Shown: positions 18,526-27,689 of the stretch, one piece after another
Numbering within the stretch: position 1 is the first letter of the stretch
Layout: each line of letters begins with the position of its first letter
Source of the DNA: Myxococcota bacterium
GTDB taxonomy: Bacteria > Myxococcota_A > SURF-8
Reading direction: 5' to 3'
DNA length: 64,000 nt
Assembly: GCA_963674735.2 (NCBI GenBank)
Contig: CAXXQS010000003.1
Location: forward strand, 32,001 to 96,000
Made by a program: the position numbers and the translations under genes
The notes under the pieces: generated by a model
Databases searched by the model: none
What the model was told of the DNA's origin: nothing
What the model saw: the letters and a program-made list of their open reading frames with translations, nothing else

Positions 18526-19227
18526 TCAGATCGTTGCCGCTAGTTCCGCATTGGGAATGACCAGCGGCAAGGCAGCTTTGACGATGGCTACCCCGCGTGC
18601 AACATCCAGATGCTCGGTGTTGAGTATCAAGTCGTATTGATTGGGATCGGCAATATCTGCGTTGAAGTAGTGGCGCACAAATTCCGTTCGTTCGCTCTCC
18701 AGACGTTCGATGCGTTGGCGGGCCGCATCGGCGTCCTGGCCGGTTGCACGCACGACATTTTTAATGCGGGTGGCGAGTGGGGCGATGATGCGCACACGGA
18801 AGCAGCGCTCATGAGGCAGGATGAAATTGGCCCCGCGACCGACGATCACCGCTCGTCCGACTTTTCCGGCGGCCCCGACCATCTTGGCGAGATGAGCCAG
18901 GTATTCGTCGGAAGTGAGATTGAAGCGCTTTTCCAGCATGGCGAACAGATCGTCGAGCCAACTGCGCGGGTGCTCGTCGAAACTGCGGATAACCATCGTC
19001 CGTAACTGGCTATCGCGTGCCACGTCGTGAATGATCGCCCCGGAGTAGAACTCGAAACCGAGATCTTTGGCCAACTCGCGGGCGATGAAGAAGCCCATGG
19101 AGCCCGGTTCACGCGAAATAGTGATGACGGGTCGGCGCGGGGTTTCGGCGATTGTTTGGGCGGCATTCTGCCAGCGACGGCACTGCTGTTCGACCAACTC
19201 GCTGATGGAGCGGTTACGAAGTGTCAT
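18526..19227 (-). CDS. cytidylate kinase-like family protein
   Basis: ITISREPGSMG, VIVGRGANFIL, APLATR, YDLILNT; AGGAGG RBS. Confidence 0.88.
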   Translation of the reverse strand: MTLRNRSISELVEQQCRRWQNAAQTIAETPRRPVITISREPGSMGFFIARELAKDLGFEFYSGAIIHDVARDSQLRTMVIRSFDEHPRSWLDDLFAMLEKRFNLTSDEYLAHLAKMVGAAGKVGRAVIVGRGANFILPHERCFRVRIIAPLATRIKNVVRATGQDADAARQRIERLESERTEFVRHYFNADIADPNQYDLILNTEHLDVARGVAIVKAALPLVIPNAELAATI

Positions 19228-19396
19228 GGCCTCCTCCTTTCCGCCGGATGCGGACCGACGGTGGCGGCGATCTGTCCCAATGATTCCCACTTCCATTTTA
19301 GTGTCCCCGACTGGCAGATGCCAGCGAAAAAGGCAGAAGCGGGGTAGGAATAAACAGGTTGAATCGAGTTTGGAGGACTGTCTCCCCTGCCTCTAT

Positions 19397-19416
19397 CTGT
19401 CAAGTCTGCTTGACAG
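19397..19416. promoter_or_regulatory. perfect inverted repeat (back-to-back TTGACA) between divergent genes
   Basis: CTGTCAAG-tctg-CTTGACAG. Confidence 0.5.
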
Positions 19417-19531
19417 TCTGCCGCTTCGTGCGCCCGAATTTCTTAGTAATATTCGGGGATTGATCCTGGATCGCAATTTGCATATGATCTATGCCATGTC
19501 GAATGCTTGAACACTGACAAAGGAGAGCGCC

Positions 19532-22222
19532 ATGCAAAAGGGATGGCTGAATATCGTGTGGATGGGAAGCTTGCTGCTGGTGTTGCTTGTCGGCCTTGTG
19601 GGCTGTCTGGGAGATGAAATGAGCACAACACCCGTGGATGGCGACGACCCCGACGAGTCGGACGGCGATGATCCTGACGGTGACAGTCCCGATGGTGACA
19701 ACCCTGATGGCGACAGCCCCGACGGTGACAACCCTGACGGCGATACGCAAGCCTGTGACCATCTGTGCGATTGTCCGCAAGGATGGTTCTGCAATGATGC
19801 CGGCCAGTGTGAAGATGGAACCGGGATGCTCGGGACACCCTTCTGTTGCGTCAATCCCGAATGTCCGTATGACGCGCCTTGCGTCTACCCCGACGACAGT
19901 CCGAGCCGCTGTGCGCCGATTGATAGCTGTCCCTTCAGTGATACCGTGGTCGGTCGCTACTGCCCCGATTCCGAAAATGTCTGCGAAGCCGTGGCGGAAG
20001 TCGTGGTCGGCCAGGATGATTACTGTCTGTTCATGCTGACCTTCACTTTGGACGATGGATCCACCCTGCGTGTTTATATCGATGGCTACGATTACGATAC
20101 GATTTTCAATTTGGAAGAGGCGGGTTGCAGCGTCAGTTTCGACGCTGATGCGCCGTCTTTCGAGATCGCCTGCAACTGGTGCGGGACAACCACCTTCAGT
20201 AAGGATAATTGCCAAGCCGACCAATGTACGAGCGATTCGGATTGTCCCGATTGTGAGCTCTGCGAGACGCTCAACGGTGTCAAGCAATGCCTCGCGACTC
20301 CGGGAGCTCTGGGCTGTGTCAGCGACGATGACTGTGAAACGGGTTTCATCTGTGCTCCCTTCTCCAGCGATAAACCGCAATGCGGGGGGCAGTGTGTGCT
20401 CGATGACGATGGCAAATATATCTTGCACGAGTGGGGGGTCAATCGTCCGATGTCCGATGGCTCTTCCCTCATCAGTTCGGGACCACCCCGTTTTTGGGGC
20501 GCTGTTCCCGCCAAGCCGGTTTTATACGTGTATGCCGATAATCCCCTGCTGTTGGACGTCGGCGTCACCTTTGCCTCGGGTCACACAACCGACACCTGGC
20601 CACCGTTGCCCAACGGTGCGTCCATCGAATGGCAGGATGTTCTGGTTACGCAACCGGCTACCTGCAATCTTTCGCCGACGCCGATTCCACCTTACGATCA
20701 GATGGAGCCGGAGGACCGCGAGATCTACCAGTTGCCGGAATGGATCGTTCCCGATGCCGATTGCCTGAAAACCGATGGTGTGACGTCGAAATTATTATTT
20801 TATACCGGTGAGTTGAGCGACTACGAGCCACCGGTCAGCGGGTCGGTGGATGTCGATGCGAGTGCGGCTGAGGTGACCTTCAACTTGACCAACAGCGGTG
20901 ATGTCGATGTGGAGTCGGTTCTGTTATTATATCGCACGGCCACGGGTGAGTGCATCGATCCTTCGGGTTGCTCGGTCAATGCCGCCAGTCTGGCCTGGGG
21001 CAAATTGCGCGGTTTGGCAGCGGGGGCTTCCAGTAGTACGACGCTGGAACTTCACACCTTGGCTACCGATGGTAGCGAACCGTATCAGAACGTCACGATC
21101 CCCGAAGGCTGGAAAGCGATGGCGGATGATATGGAATCCATGCTGTCGTCCAAGGGCCTCTATGCGGACGAGATCGATGTCTTTATGGATGCCTGGGAAA
21201 CCATGTTTTTCGGCGTTCATTCGGGTGGCATGGAATGGTATTTGCCGGGTTACCAGAATGGGGCGTTCGTACTCTATTTATGGCCGGATTCCTTGACGGA
21301 AGAACAGTTGGCGCTAAGCCTCGATCCCCAGCCGCGCGAACTCAAACGGGCGATGGTCGAGTTCAATCGGCTGGCGCCACCGGACACGGAGGGCGCGTTG
21401 GCGGGTGAGGTGACTTTGGTGGAATACGATATCGATCCCGATTCGCCCACCTGGACCGGGCCAGCCGTGGGCGCGACTGTTACGGCGACGGAGAGCACCT
21501 ATCGCAACACCTATTCGGCTACCACCGGCGACGACGGAACCTATCGCATGAGTCTGCCGACGGGCGTCTATACCGTTACCGTGACGCGCAACGATTGGGA
21601 ACATGGCGATCGCATTGATCGTGTCGCGGTGCTGTCGGGACAAACCACTACCGTCAACCTCAATCTTTTCTCCGAGGCCATGGTTGATAAGCCCAACCTC
21701 TACCTTTATCCTACCCAAACAACTCAGGTGGGTGTGACGCTGGCTTTGTGCGGCGATTGCGTCGTGACGGAGTCGATCCCCGAATATGGAAGCGGTTGGG
21801 ATGTGACGGTGGAACCCTCCGGTTTGATTGACGATACTTATACCTACCTCTATTATGAAGCCGAAATCGCACGAAATTTTCCGATGCACGAAGGATGGAG
21901 CATTCCGGCGGCCGATGTCCCGCGTTTCTTTAACGAAACTTTGGCGGCCTACGGATTGACGGCGGCCGAGACGGCGGATTTCGTGGATTACTGGAGCACG
22001 CATCTGCCCGACGCACCCTTCTACGGCATTTACCCCTTGACGGAAGCGTCGGTCATTGAACCATTGGTCGGACTTCGTATCGATCCGCAGCCCGATTCGC
22101 TCTTCCGCCTATGGTTTGTCGTTTCCCCTGAAGTGACTCCACCTGCGTTGTCGCCTCCTGTTATCGACTCGCCTCCGCGTATCGGGTTTACAGCCGTCGA
22201 GTGGGGTGTGATTCTCGACTGA
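19532..22222 (+). CDS. large Cys-rich lipoprotein: DGD repeats, two KPx(L/I)Y/EWG uncharacterised domains, carboxypeptidase-regulatory-like Ig domain
   Basis: Lipobox LVGC; DGDxP repeats; KPVLYVY and KPNLYLYP; GATVT...TTGDDGTY...LPTGVYTVTV; AAGGAG RBS. Confidence 0.85.
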   Translation: MQKGWLNIVWMGSLLLVLLVGLVGCLGDEMSTTPVDGDDPDESDGDDPDGDSPDGDNPDGDSPDGDNPDGDTQACDHLCDCPQGWFCNDAGQCEDGTGMLGTPFCCVNPECPYDAPCVYPDDSPSRCAPIDSCPFSDTVVGRYCPDSENVCEAVAEVVVGQDDYCLFMLTFTLDDGSTLRVYIDGYDYDTIFNLEEAGCSVSFDADAPSFEIACNWCGTTTFSKDNCQADQCTSDSDCPDCELCETLNGVKQCLATPGALGCVSDDDCETGFICAPFSSDKPQCGGQCVLDDDGKYILHEWGVNRPMSDGSSLISSGPPRFWGAVPAKPVLYVYADNPLLLDVGVTFASGHTTDTWPPLPNGASIEWQDVLVTQPATCNLSPTPIPPYDQMEPEDREIYQLPEWIVPDADCLKTDGVTSKLLFYTGELSDYEPPVSGSVDVDASAAEVTFNLTNSGDVDVESVLLLYRTATGECIDPSGCSVNAASLAWGKLRGLAAGASSSTTLELHTLATDGSEPYQNVTIPEGWKAMADDMESMLSSKGLYADEIDVFMDAWETMFFGVHSGGMEWYLPGYQNGAFVLYLWPDSLTEEQLALSLDPQPRELKRAMVEFNRLAPPDTEGALAGEVTLVEYDIDPDSPTWTGPAVGATVTATESTYRNTYSATTGDDGTYRMSLPTGVYTVTVTRNDWEHGDRIDRVAVLSGQTTTVNLNLFSEAMVDKPNLYLYPTQTTQVGVTLALCGDCVVTESIPEYGSGWDVTVEPSGLIDDTYTYLYYEAEIARNFPMHEGWSIPAADVPRFFNETLAAYGLTAAETADFVDYWSTHLPDAPFYGIYPLTEASVIEPLVGLRIDPQPDSLFRLWFVVSPEVTPPALSPPVIDSPPRIGFTAVEWGVILD
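19637..19744 (+). repeat. coding tandem repeat DGD(D/S/N)P
   Basis: DGDDP-DES-DGDDP-DGDSP-DGDNP-DGDSP-DGDNP-DGD, mostly 15-nt units. Confidence 0.9.
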
Positions 22223-22251
22223 TTTCATAATCCGAACGGACTCATTTCTTT

Positions 22252-22289
22252 AAACGGACGCGCTTTCAGGTGCGTCCGTTTCGTTTATT
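22252..22289 (+). terminator. intrinsic terminator
   Basis: AAACGGACGC...GCGTCCGTTT followed by a T-rich tail. Confidence 0.75.
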
Positions 22290-22454
22290 GCGCCGTTGGG
22301 TCGATTGGCCAATCCCAGGATCGAAAGTTGAAAGAAAGTTTCAGAGCGTGCTATGGTTTGATCATCGATAAGCAGACCAAAGAGGGAATCAAAAAGTGAC
22401 AGATGCTCTCCATCAAGCGAATGTGGATCAGTCGGCAATATAGAAGGGGCAGGC

Positions 22455-23609
22455 ATGCGACCGATTGTGAAAATCTTGATCATCAACGGTATTTTTATGC
22501 TGGTCATTCTGGCTATTGCCGAATGGGCGGCGCGTAAGCTTTTCGATAATGCCTTTTTGCTTGAAGGCAACCAGTACGTTTTTTTCGAGTTCGACGAGCA
22601 ACTTGGTTGGCGGGGGAAAGCCAATACTAAGGGGATGTTTACTCGTGGCGAAGAATTTTCCACTCAGGTGAACACCAATCGTTTCGGAATGCGGGAACGG
22701 GAGGTCAGAAAAAAGAAAGAAGACGGTGTGATCCGGATTGCCGTACTCGGTGATTCCTTTACCTGGGGTTTCGGCGTCGAAACCGACGAAATCTATACCG
22801 CCGTTATGCAGCGTGAACTCGGTTCCCGTTTCGAAGTGCTGAACTTCGGGGTCAGTGGTTATGGACGTGGCCAACAGTGGCTACAATTGGAAAGCCAGGT
22901 GGCCGATTTTTCAGCGGATCTCGTGCTGATTATGGCTTATCCGGGCAACGATCTCTACGACAACCTGGCCGATGATCTCGCCTACGAAGTCTACCCGCGT
23001 CCGCGCTTTTCCCTCGACGACAAGGGACAGCTGGTTGTTTTGGGGCAGCCGGTGAAACCGCCATTGGGAGATTTTTCCGAGCGCTTGTTCATGCGACACA
23101 CGGGAGAATGGATGGGTGTCTATATGCGTTCTTATCTGTTTCGGGTGCTTTATCAAGTTTTTGCCTCGATGCAAAAATCCTGGGAGCAGAATCCGGCTGA
23201 TTACCTCAATCCCATTTATCAGCAGCACAATCGCCAAAAACTCAAAGAAGCGGCGAGGGTGGAAACCGCAATTCTTAAAAAAATCCGATCTTTTTGCCGC
23301 GCACAAGGGTGCAAGGTATTAGAGGCAATCGCCACAACTTCCGAACAGGTGCGACCGGCTTTGCAGGATGAATTGAGGAAACGTTTTCCCGATATCCCGG
23401 TTGACTGGGAGCAGCCTGCGCGGATTTTGACGGAAGCGGCTACGCGGGCAGGTGTCGATATCTACGATCTGGCTCCGGTTCTAAAAGCTGCCGAGGAGCG
23501 TGGGGAGCGCACGCATCGTGAAAAGGATTTCCACTGGACGCCGTTGGGCAATCGTCTTGTAGGGGAAACGCTGGCTCCGGTTGTGCGGAACATGATGGAA
23601 CGACGCTAG
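22455..23609 (+). CDS. SGNH/GDSL hydrolase family protein (AlgX/AlgJ-like, membrane anchored)
   Basis: LGDSFTWG, NFGVSGYG, GND, DFHWT..GN; N-terminal TM helix. Confidence 0.88.
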   Translation: MRPIVKILIINGIFMLVILAIAEWAARKLFDNAFLLEGNQYVFFEFDEQLGWRGKANTKGMFTRGEEFSTQVNTNRFGMREREVRKKKEDGVIRIAVLGDSFTWGFGVETDEIYTAVMQRELGSRFEVLNFGVSGYGRGQQWLQLESQVADFSADLVLIMAYPGNDLYDNLADDLAYEVYPRPRFSLDDKGQLVVLGQPVKPPLGDFSERLFMRHTGEWMGVYMRSYLFRVLYQVFASMQKSWEQNPADYLNPIYQQHNRQKLKEAARVETAILKKIRSFCRAQGCKVLEAIATTSEQVRPALQDELRKRFPDIPVDWEQPARILTEAATRAGVDIYDLAPVLKAAEERGERTHREKDFHWTPLGNRLVGETLAPVVRNMMERR

Positions 23610-23729
23610 CAGCGATCCTTCAATTCCAATAATATGTTGCGATTTTCATTTCTCCAGGTTTAGAATACCTCCTTGCGCAGATTTATTTTTTGTCCTTCAC
23701 CCAACGATACGCATGTTTAATACCAATCG

Positions 23730-25478
23730 ATGACGTCTAATTTGCCGAAACGCTACATCGCGATTCCCCTGGTGGTCCTGGCGGCCTACCTGTCGCCCTA
23801 CTTGATTTTGGGGCAGGATCATTACGTTCGTATTCACGACTATCTGGATAGCGTACTGGTTTTCTATAAAATACTCGCGCAAAGCGGCTTGATTTTCGCA
23901 CCCAACCAGGCCATCGTACCGAATTTGATGGGTGGGTTGGAACGTGCTTGGTGGCCCAGTGAGGTGAACGTATTTTTATGGTTTAACGTGTGGTTCGGAC
24001 CCTTCGGCGCGACAGCCGCCAACGAAGTCATCAGCCGGTTGGTGGCTTTTTTCGGCATGTTTTTATTCGTGCGGCGCTTCATCTTGTCCGATGAGCGTCC
24101 TCCGCTTGTGGCGGTGCTGGCCGGATTGTGTTTTGCCCTCGTCCCGCACTTTCCCGGGTCGCGCCTTTCCATCGTCGCCCAGCCGCTGGTTTTGTATGTC
24201 TTTCTCACGATCCGCGCCCGCCAAGATAAATGGCGTCACTGGCTGGTGCTGATTTTCGTTCCTTTCTATTCAAGTTTCGTTGTTTATTATTTTTTCTTTC
24301 TTGCATCCATGGGGACTCTCTGGTTGATCGACACCCTTCGCAAGCGACGTCCGGATTGGCGGTTTGTGGCCAGTATCGCGTTGATGACGGCTGTGTTTCT
24401 AGGCCTCGAATTCCGGTTGGTACAGACCATGCTGCTGGATGCCCAAGTGGTATCACATCGGGCGGAATTCACATATTACCAGGATCGCAACCTGGTCGAT
24501 GCGGCCTCTCGTTTCGTTGACAATCTGAAAAACGCCCACCATCATGGGTATAGCTTCCATTGGCCGGTGGTGGTGTTCACGGTTCTCCTGGCGGGCATCT
24601 GGGGTGGTATCCAGCGCCGTCGTCTACGAATCTATATGTTGCTGGTGGCGGGCATCGTTTTTTGCAGCCTCGCCAATGGGTTGTATTACTCGCCGGTAGT
24701 CGAGGCGTTATATCGGGTTGCCCCCATCACACGGCATTTCAACATTTCGCGCTTCAACCTGTTGCACCCGCTATTATGGTATCTGCTGTTTGCCGTGTCT
24801 TTGGCGATGATCGAAAAGTTGTCGAAAAACGGGCGCATACTTGTTTTGCTTCTGGCTGGATTGCAGGTGGCCTATTTATTTTATAACAGCGATTTTAGTC
24901 GTGAATATCGCGAACATGGAATCAGCTACCGACAATTCTATGCCGAGGAGTTGTTTGATGAGGTCGAGGCGGCCATTGGGGAACCGAAAGAAAGCTATCG
25001 GGTGGCCGTGATCGGTATGCACCCGGCGATCCCCCTGTATAACGGTTTTCATACCGTCGGCGGCTATTTTTACAATTATCCGCTAGCGTACAAACATGCC
25101 TTTTACCGGATTATTCGCCACGAATTGGCGAAAAGCCCGCATTGGAAGGGCTTGTTTGTTAACTGGGGCAGTATGGCTTACGTTTACTCGGCTGAGCTTA
25201 GCGAGGCCGACTATCTGATACCCCGCCTGCATCGGAATATCAACCACCTGGAACTTGATCCCAAAGCCTTGTGGAACCTTGGCGGACGTTATGTGATTTC
25301 GGCGTTGCCCATTGCCAATCCTGCCGATAACCGACTCACACCATTGCGTGCTTTTACCCACCCGGACAGCGCCTGGAATGTTTTTCTTTACCGGTTGGAA
25401 AAACCTGCTACGAAAGAAGAAGAGCAGAGTCCGGCAACGAATTCAATCGAGCCCGATCGCCTTCCACCTTCCGAGTAG
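23730..25478 (+). CDS. DUF6044/YkoS-like multi-pass membrane protein (putative GT-C glycosyltransferase)
   Basis: RIHDYLDS loop after TM1, many TM helices, IGMHPAI..YNGF...GY..YPL.YK..F..II..EL. Confidence 0.72.
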   Translation: MTSNLPKRYIAIPLVVLAAYLSPYLILGQDHYVRIHDYLDSVLVFYKILAQSGLIFAPNQAIVPNLMGGLERAWWPSEVNVFLWFNVWFGPFGATAANEVISRLVAFFGMFLFVRRFILSDERPPLVAVLAGLCFALVPHFPGSRLSIVAQPLVLYVFLTIRARQDKWRHWLVLIFVPFYSSFVVYYFFFLASMGTLWLIDTLRKRRPDWRFVASIALMTAVFLGLEFRLVQTMLLDAQVVSHRAEFTYYQDRNLVDAASRFVDNLKNAHHHGYSFHWPVVVFTVLLAGIWGGIQRRRLRIYMLLVAGIVFCSLANGLYYSPVVEALYRVAPITRHFNISRFNLLHPLLWYLLFAVSLAMIEKLSKNGRILVLLLAGLQVAYLFYNSDFSREYREHGISYRQFYAEELFDEVEAAIGEPKESYRVAVIGMHPAIPLYNGFHTVGGYFYNYPLAYKHAFYRIIRHELAKSPHWKGLFVNWGSMAYVYSAELSEADYLIPRLHRNINHLELDPKALWNLGGRYVISALPIANPADNRLTPLRAFTHPDSAWNVFLYRLEKPATKEEEQSPATNSIEPDRLPPSE

Positions 25479-25540
25479 CGCATCCCTAAACCGACTGTGG
25501 TATAATCCCGCCGAATTTGAACCCCGTGTAAGGAGAAGCG

Positions 25541-26677
25541 ATGTCCGGCCACATTCCTTTCAACCGGCCTTCGATGACGGGTCGTGAGATGGATTACATT
25601 CTGGATGCCATTCAGCGCGGCCATATTGCCGCCGGTGGACACTATACCTCCCGGTGCGAGCGCCTGCTTGAAGAGTCGTTGGGTGTGAAAAAAGCCCTGA
25701 TTACCCCGTCTTGTACGCATGCCCTTGAAATGGCGGCGCTGCTGCTCGATCTCAAGCCCGGCGACGAGTTTATTTGCCCGTCTTTTACCTTCGTTTCTAC
25801 CGCCAATGCTTTTGTCTTGCGCGGAGCCAAACCGCAGTTTGTGGATATTCGCCCTGATACACTTAATCTCGATGAGACGAAAATCGAAGCCGCCATTACC
25901 GAGCGGACCCGTGCCATCGTGCCGGTGCATTATGCCGGAGTAGGTTGCGAAATGGACCGCATTCGCGACATCGCCGACCGCCATGGGCTCCAGGTGGTGG
26001 AAGATAACGCTCAGGGACTCTACGGCACATATCGGGAGCGCCCTTTGGGCGGTTTCGGCGAGCTGGCGACAGTGAGTTTTCACGAAACCAAGAACTTCAC
26101 CTGCGGAGAGGGCGGGGTGCTGCTGGTGAACGATCCACGCTATATCGAACGTGCGGAAATTATTCGCGAAAAAGGTACCAACCGCAACCGCTTCCGTCGT
26201 GGTCAGGTGGACAAATATACCTGGGTGGATATTGGATCCAGTTATCTTCTTTCCGATCTGTGTGCGGCGTTCTTGCTGGCCCAGCTTGAAAATCGACAAA
26301 CCATACAAGAAACGCGTCGTGCCTTGTGGGAGCAATACGCGAAGGGTCTTGCCGACTGGGCGGGTGCCAACGAAGTCGGCCTGCCACAGTGCCCGGAGCA
26401 TTGCCAGCATACTTCTCATTTATTCTACCTGCTGATGCCGTCCATCGATAGTCGTCAGGCACTCATCGATCATTTGAAGGCGCATGAAATCATGGCTGTT
26501 TTTCATTATATCCCGCTGCACGATTCGGATATGGGGTTGCGTTACGGGTATCATCATGGCGATCTCCCGGTAACTGAGGATATCTCCGACCGACTTTTAA
26601 GGTTACCGCTTTATAACGGCATGACAGCGGAAGAACAGAATCGTGTGATGGCGGCGGTCAGGGGTTTTGTGGTTTGA
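25541..26677 (+). CDS. wecE: dTDP-4-amino-4,6-dideoxygalactose transaminase
   Basis: IPFNRP, TPSCTHALEMAA, PSFTFVSTANAF, SFHETKN, GEGG, EKGTNR..F.RGQVDKYTW, FHYIPLH. Confidence 0.95.
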   Translation: MSGHIPFNRPSMTGREMDYILDAIQRGHIAAGGHYTSRCERLLEESLGVKKALITPSCTHALEMAALLLDLKPGDEFICPSFTFVSTANAFVLRGAKPQFVDIRPDTLNLDETKIEAAITERTRAIVPVHYAGVGCEMDRIRDIADRHGLQVVEDNAQGLYGTYRERPLGGFGELATVSFHETKNFTCGEGGVLLVNDPRYIERAEIIREKGTNRNRFRRGQVDKYTWVDIGSSYLLSDLCAAFLLAQLENRQTIQETRRALWEQYAKGLADWAGANEVGLPQCPEHCQHTSHLFYLLMPSIDSRQALIDHLKAHEIMAVFHYIPLHDSDMGLRYGYHHGDLPVTEDISDRLLRLPLYNGMTAEEQNRVMAAVRGFVV

Positions 26678-27686
26678 GATGCGGACCCTGGGTCGCGTGC
26701 ACAATGCCACCGGTGAGATACACGACCAGACGCGCCAGAAAGATCAGGAAACACAGCATCAAGGCGTCGGAGAGCGGCACTCCGAGTTGAACCAACAAGA
26801 AGGTAAGCGTTCCTTCGCGGATTCCTACCCCACCGAGCGAAATAGGAAGAATGGTGATCAGGTTGGCCAGAGGCATGACTAACAGCATCTGCAGCAAGCC
26901 GATTTCCAGCCCTAAAGCCTGAGCTAGGCAAAAGGCTCCCAAGAAGTCACAGAATTGATAGCCGCTGCTGAGAATGAGAGCTTTTGGCCAAGTCCCGGAT
27001 GGAGCCTCGCTTAGCGTGTGTGCGAGCATGAAAGTTCGGTTCCATAAAGCGCTCCACCCATGATGGGTATTGTGTGGTCGAGGCAACCGGCTTGACAGAA
27101 AAAGCAGAGAAGCCAGTGCAAGCAACCCGACTCCCGCGGCAAGAGGAAGGAATATCCGCAAAGAGACTCCGGCCGCTTCAATGGCGGGAATGGGAGTGAA
27201 AAACGACATACAGGCGGCAAGAATCAACAAGCCCGTAAAACCCATAGTGCGTTCGGCAAGAACGGTCATTCCGGCTTTCACGGCCAATTTGGTGCGTGTT
27301 CGCGCGTAGAGCAAGATGCGCAGAGCGTCACTGCCGAACCAGCCCGGCAGGATGATGGCATAGTAACTGGCAGAAAGATATAGGATAAAAGGTTCCAGCC
27401 AGCCTATCGGCAGGCCGAAGGCTTTGAGTAACAAACGCCAGCGTTGCCCCGCGATGAAAAGACCGGTAATGGATAAAAGGGGGGCGATCCAAGCGATGCG
27501 CCAGTTGGTGCGTGCCAACACGTCGCGAGCACGTTCCCAGTCGGTGACATAGATCAAGTACGATACGATCCCGAGCGATACCGCTAGCTTGAGTGCGAAT
27601 AGCAAACGGCCGCGCCAGGGCTTGGGAGCCGGTGCGATGGATGAGGTGGAGGGTTCGATCATCGATGTCTGTTTTTGCGTACTCAA
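26658..27686 (-). CDS. lysylphosphatidylglycerol synthase TM region / UPF0104 flippase-like membrane protein
   Basis: LKLAVSLG, RWRLLL, LPGWFGSD..R, ER, LPISLGGVGIRE; start may be 27662. Confidence 0.85.
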   Translation of the reverse strand: MSTQKQTSMIEPSTSSIAPAPKPWRGRLLFALKLAVSLGIVSYLIYVTDWERARDVLARTNWRIAWIAPLLSITGLFIAGQRWRLLLKAFGLPIGWLEPFILYLSASYYAIILPGWFGSDALRILLYARTRTKLAVKAGMTVLAERTMGFTGLLILAACMSFFTPIPAIEAAGVSLRIFLPLAAGVGLLALASLLFLSSRLPRPHNTHHGWSALWNRTFMLAHTLSEAPSGTWPKALILSSGYQFCDFLGAFCLAQALGLEIGLLQMLLVMPLANLITILPISLGGVGIREGTLTFLLVQLGVPLSDALMLCFLIFLARLVVYLTGGIVHATQGPHLKPQNP

Positions 27687-27689
27687 ATC

